A stretch of 64,000 nucleotides of DNA from an uncultured delta proteobacterium. Its GTDB lineage: Bacteria > Myxococcota > UBA727 > VGSZ01. Shown here piece by piece: positions 60,451-64,000 of the stretch (within the stretch, counting starts at the first letter, position 1; every line of letters begins with the position of its first letter). Where the stretch lies: assembly GCA_963775425.1 (NCBI GenBank), contig CAVZJB010000008.1, positions 192,001-256,000 of the forward strand. The letters are read 5' to 3'. Both the position numbers and the translations under genes were made by a program. Under the pieces are notes generated by a model, which did no database searches, had not been told where the DNA came from, and worked only from the letters and a program-made list of their open reading frames with translations.

Positions 60451-61704
60451 GTGTGGAGCAGCCTTGCCCTGATGGCCCTGATCGCCGCCCCGCCGGGTGC
60501 GGCCGCGCTCGACCTCCACGAGACGCTCGACGTCGTGCGGTCCGACTACGCCGCCGGTGAGCTCGACGACGGGCTCGCCAAGGTGAACCGCCTGCTCGCC
60601 ACGGACAGGCCCGCCACCGAGCGCGCGCAGGTGCTCGTGTGGGAGGCCATGCTGCTGTTCGCCAAGGGTGCCGTCCCCGGCACCGACGTGGCCATCCGCG
60701 AGGCGCTCGGGCTGCAGCCGGGCGTGGTGGCGCCGGACGGAGCGAGCGCGGGCTTCCGTAAGCACTTCGCGGCGCTCGCGCAGGAGAGCGCCCCCGGCGC
60801 GTCAGCGTCTCCGTCGGCGTCGCCGTCTCCGTCTCCGTCGGCGTCGCCGTCTCCGTCGGCGTCGCCGTCGCCGTCGCCCTCGGCGGCCGCCCCTCACGCG
60901 CCGCCGGCCGCGTCGTCGCTGCGGCCGGCCGCCGGTGTCGCGGCGCGAGCGGAGCGGGGCCAGGACGAGCCGAGCGTGCTGGTGTTGGACCTCGACGCGG
61001 CGCACATCGACCCGAGCGACGCCAAGGTCATCAACGACGTCGTGGGCGAGTCGGTGGCGCGCAAGGCGCTGCGGGTCATCACGGCGGCGGACGTGCGGCG
61101 CATGGCGGACGTCGCGGCGCAGAAGGAGCTGTTGGGGTGTCAGTCGGACTCGAGCTGTCTGGCGACGCTCGCCGGTGACTTCGGCGCGCGCTACGTGCTC
61201 TACGGCTCCATCGCGTCGCTCGGCGGGCTCTACGTCGTGCAGATGACCTTGTTCGACGCGGACAAGGCCAAGGCGGTGGAGCGCGTCCGCGTGGAGACCC
61301 GCGACCTTTCGCAGATCACCACGCAGATCGACGACGCCGTGGACCGCGTCTTCGAGCCGCTCCTTGGCGCGCCCGCGCCCGCGCCCGCGGCGGCGGCGGC
61401 GCCGTTGTCCACCGGGCTCCTCGTCGCCGGCGGCGGCGCCGTCGTGGCGATCGGCGGCGTCGTGATGATGGCGCTCAGCGCCGCTCCGGCGGACAAGTAC
61501 AACGCCGGCCAGAAGAGCATCCTCGCGGAGCAGGACAAGTTCGCCGGCGGCGACCCGGGCGCGCTCACCCGCGCCGGAGCGCTGCAGGTCACGGCGGACG
61601 AGGACGCGACGAGCTACCTGTGGCTCATGGGCGGCGGCGCGGCCGTCGCCGTCGCCGGCGCCGCCGCCGTCGTCACCGGCGTGGTGCTATGGAGCGGCGA
61701 ATGA
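60451..61704 (+). CDS. Secreted TPR-like / Ser-Pro linker / TolB-N-CsgG-like protein with hydrophobic C-terminal hairpin
   Basis: Signal, helical domain, (SP)n linker, VLVLDL..LLGC..SSCLA..GA..GSI..LG, two terminal hydrophobic segments. Start inferred. Confidence 0.75.
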   Translation: MWSSLALMALIAAPPGAAALDLHETLDVVRSDYAAGELDDGLAKVNRLLATDRPATERAQVLVWEAMLLFAKGAVPGTDVAIREALGLQPGVVAPDGASAGFRKHFAALAQESAPGASASPSASPSPSPSASPSPSASPSPSPSAAAPHAPPAASSLRPAAGVAARAERGQDEPSVLVLDLDAAHIDPSDAKVINDVVGESVARKALRVITAADVRRMADVAAQKELLGCQSDSSCLATLAGDFGARYVLYGSIASLGGLYVVQMTLFDADKAKAVERVRVETRDLSQITTQIDDAVDRVFEPLLGAPAPAPAAAAAPLSTGLLVAGGGAVVAIGGVVMMALSAAPADKYNAGQKSILAEQDKFAGGDPGALTRAGALQVTADEDATSYLWLMGGGAAVAVAGAAAVVTGVVLWSGE

Positions 61705-62124
61705 TCGCTCGCTGGCTCCTGTCGTGCGCGCTCGCCGCCCTGCTCACGGGGTGCCTGCAGGCGCAGGCGGTCTTCGGCCGCTCCTGCGCGAGCGACGCCG
61801 AGTGCGGCGACGGCTTCACCTGCTCGGGCGGCCAGTGCGTCCCCGCCGGCGAAGGCGAAGGCGAAGGCGAGGGCGAAGGCGAGGGCGAGGGCGAGAGGCG
61901 AAGGCGAGGGCGAGGGCGAGGGCGAGGGCGAGGGCGAGGGCGAGGGCGAGGGCGAGGGCGAGGGAGAGGGAGACGCGCTCACCCTCGAGCTCACCAGCGG
62001 CGGCGGCGTCGCCGAAGCCGGCACCGTACAGATGCAACTGCAGGTGGGGCCGCCCCTTCAGGGCAGCAGGACCGCCGGCAGCGTGACGATGACTCTTTCG
62101 GTGAGCGCGCCGTTCGCGCTCTGA
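61701..62124 (+). CDS. Cys-rich lipoprotein with about (GE)20 linker, frameshifted at 61896
   Basis: Lipobox LTG-C and CASDAECGDGFTCSGGQC. One extra A in the GE tract; removing it restores GE..DALTLELTSGGG..APFAL*. Confidence 0.75.
61848..61971 (+). repeat. Hexamer tandem repeat (GGCGAR)n with a one-base insertion
   Basis: Eight units, an extra A at 61896, then twelve units. Confidence 0.92.
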
Positions 62125-62131
62125 GAGCACC

Positions 62132-63440
62132 ATGAAGAAGCTGATCCTCCTCCTGAGCCTGGTCGCCGTTCCCGCCGCGGCGGCGATCCGCGTGCCGGTG
62201 CAGGGGAACCTCACCGACAACGGCACCGCCGTGTCCGGCCCCGTCGACCTCGAGGTCCGCATCATCGACGACGTCGGCGTCGAGCAGACCTGCGAGAGCT
62301 TCTCGGGCGTCACGCTCACCCGCGGCACCTTCAACCTCCTCCTCGGCGACACCACCAACGCCTGCGACGGCAAGCCCTCGGAGATCGACCCGAACCTGTT
62401 CACGCCGGGCAACGCCCTGGTCCGCGTCACGTTCAACGGCGCGGACTTCGACTTCCCCGTCGGCGACGTGCCGAGCGCGGGGACCTGCCAGCTCCTCGAC
62501 GGCCTGTCCGCCGACGCGTTCCTCAAGCACCCGCGGCAGCTCTACGCCAGGGACGCCGCTGAGCTGAACACGGCGCTCGCCACCGCCGCGGCGGCCGCCT
62601 CGCCGACGACGCCGTTTTCGATTCGAGCTCGGGCCCGAGACCTACGGCGGGTCGTTCACCGTCCCCCCCTTCACGGTGCTGCGTGGCCAGGGACCGGAAG
62701 CCACCATCCTCATCGGCGAGGTGTTCCTCACGGGGAACGCCACCCTGCGCGACCTCCACGTGCAGGACAACGCCGGCCCCGTCGCCCTGATCATCAGCGC
62801 CTCCGACGGCGAACGCGTGGAGGTCGACAACGTCGTCGTCGCGGCATCCGTTGGCGCGGGCACCGCCGCCGCGGTCTCCGTTGAGCAGGGCGGCGCGCAG
62901 ACATTCGTCGTTCTTCGCGACTGCCGCCTCCTGGCCGCGGCGCAGGGCGGCGCCGTGGGCGTGCTGGACCGCGCCGGTGTTCAGCTCAGCATCAGCGACA
63001 CGTTCATCGCCCCGAGCTCCGCCAACGTCCTCGCCATCGGCATTCGACTCGGCGACCCGGCGAACCGACTGCCGAGCTTCTCTCTGCGGACGACCAACGT
63101 GAGGATCGCGCTCGACCTCTCCTCCGGCTTTGCCGCCGGCATCGAGACCAACGCCGCCGGCGGCGCCGGGCGCGTGACCCACACGGAGGTGCGCACGACG
63201 GCGGGGGGAGCGCGCGCGCTCAGCGTCAACGGCGGCGACGTCCGCGTCCTGGACTCGCTGTTCTTCACAGACGACCCGCTGTTCGCGTCCACCGGCGTCA
63301 TCAAGCTCGCCGGCACCGGCATCGAGGGGTTCACCGGCAACATCGTCGACCCCACGTCCATCTCGGGGCTCGTGCAGTGCGTCGGGAGCTACCAGGAGAA
63401 CACGTTCACGCCGCTCGACGCGCAGTGCGCGCCGCTGTGA
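62132..63440 (+). CDS. Secreted fibre/adhesin-like protein with probable beta-helix, frameshifted near 62622
   Basis: Signal MKKLILLLSLVAVPAAA and QGNLTDNG..SG.VDL domain. Joining ORFs 62132 and 62676 gives IELGPETY..VLRGQGPEATIL, a typical pectin-lyase-fold entry. Confidence 0.7.
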
Positions 63441-63467
63441 GCGGCTCCTCCCCGCGCCGGCCGCTCA
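63437..63467. terminator. Hairpin spanning two convergent stop codons
   Basis: GTGAGCGGC / GCCGCTCAC 9-bp stem with no U-tract. Confidence 0.35.
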
Positions 63468-64000
63468 CCAGGGGAGCGCGCCGCGGGCGAGGTCGCGGCT
63501 GATGTTTTTCTGGTGCGCCTCGAGCGTGCCGCCGCCGATCTCGAGGAGCTTGGCGTCGCGCCACAGGCGCTCGACGACGTACTCGCCGACGTAGCCGTAG
63601 CCGCCGAGCACCTGCATGGCGCGGTCCGCGACGTTCTTGCCCATGGTGGCGGAGACGAGCTTGACGCCGTCGGTGTCGAGGCGGCCGCCGTGGGCGTCGA
63701 GGGTGAGCGCGCTGGCGGTGGTGTAGACGTAGGCCCGGCAGGCCATGAATTCGGCGTAGCTCTCGGCGACGTGGCGCTGGATCTGGCCGAACGACGACAG
63801 CGGCTGGCCGAACGCCTTCCGCTCCCCGGCGTAGCGCACCATCACCTCGATGGAGCGGCGCGCGATGCCGAGCGACATGGCCGCCAGCGTCAGCCGCTCG
63901 AGGGCCAGGTTGCGCATCATGTGCTTGATGCTCTGCCCCTCGTCGCCCAGGCGGTTGTGCAGCGGGACGCGGCAGTCCTCGAGCACCATCTCGGCGGTGT
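63465..64000 (-). CDS. Acyl-CoA dehydrogenase (isovaleryl-CoA dehydrogenase-like), 5' part outside window
   Basis: ERLTLA, RKAFGQ, LGGYGY and RDAKLLEIGGGT motifs. Confidence 0.93.
   Translation of the reverse strand, partial: TAEMVLEDCRVPLHNRLGDEGQSIKHMMRNLALERLTLAAMSLGIARRSIEVMVRYAGERKAFGQPLSSFGQIQRHVAESYAEFMACRAYVYTTASALTLDAHGGRLDTDGVKLVSATMGKNVADRAMQVLGGYGYVGEYVVERLWRDAKLLEIGGGTLEAHQKNISRDLARGALPW

Noticed and set aside
61896-62135. RG-repeat nucleic-acid-binding protein
   Set aside because: It is the out-of-frame reading of the GE tract after a one-base insertion.

Overview
Very GC-rich bacterial chromosomal DNA with a Myxococcota/deltaproteobacterial look: Cys-rich lipoproteins, a MYXO-CTERM-like tail, a Hanks-type kinase and a long-form HflX. 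The taxonomy is an inference. About 60 genes are supportable. Housekeeping and metabolic genes include groEL (5'-truncated), rlpA, a MATE pump, a KamA-type radical SAM enzyme, fused otsA-otsB, two acyl-CoA dehydrogenases, dnaB, a ClpB-family ATPase, hflX, a DEAD-box helicase, a Rieske oxygenase with MarR, an MFS transporter, a crotonase and a VOC protein. They are interspersed with many predicted secreted or lipoprotein genes of unknown function. I found no rRNA, tRNA, CRISPR array, transposase or prophage. Leads worth following: (1) a two-gene cassette present twice, a TolB-N/CsgG-like protein with a hydrophobic Gly/Ala tail ending in GE, coupled by ATGA to a Cys-rich (Gly-Glu)n lipoprotein with a variable C-terminal domain; (2) a ClpB paralogue with altered NBD1 Walker A and pore loop; (3) a Ser/Thr kinase fused to a PhnD-like sensor; (4) an operon of His-tailed EamA, Tat-exported SOD, beta-propeller and ABC transporter; (5) a RadC homologue without JAMM ligands; (6) a GTAG-type REP family and a ~300 bp fold-back element. 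Several single-base frameshifts may be assembly errors. All product calls come from motif recognition by eye, not from database searches.
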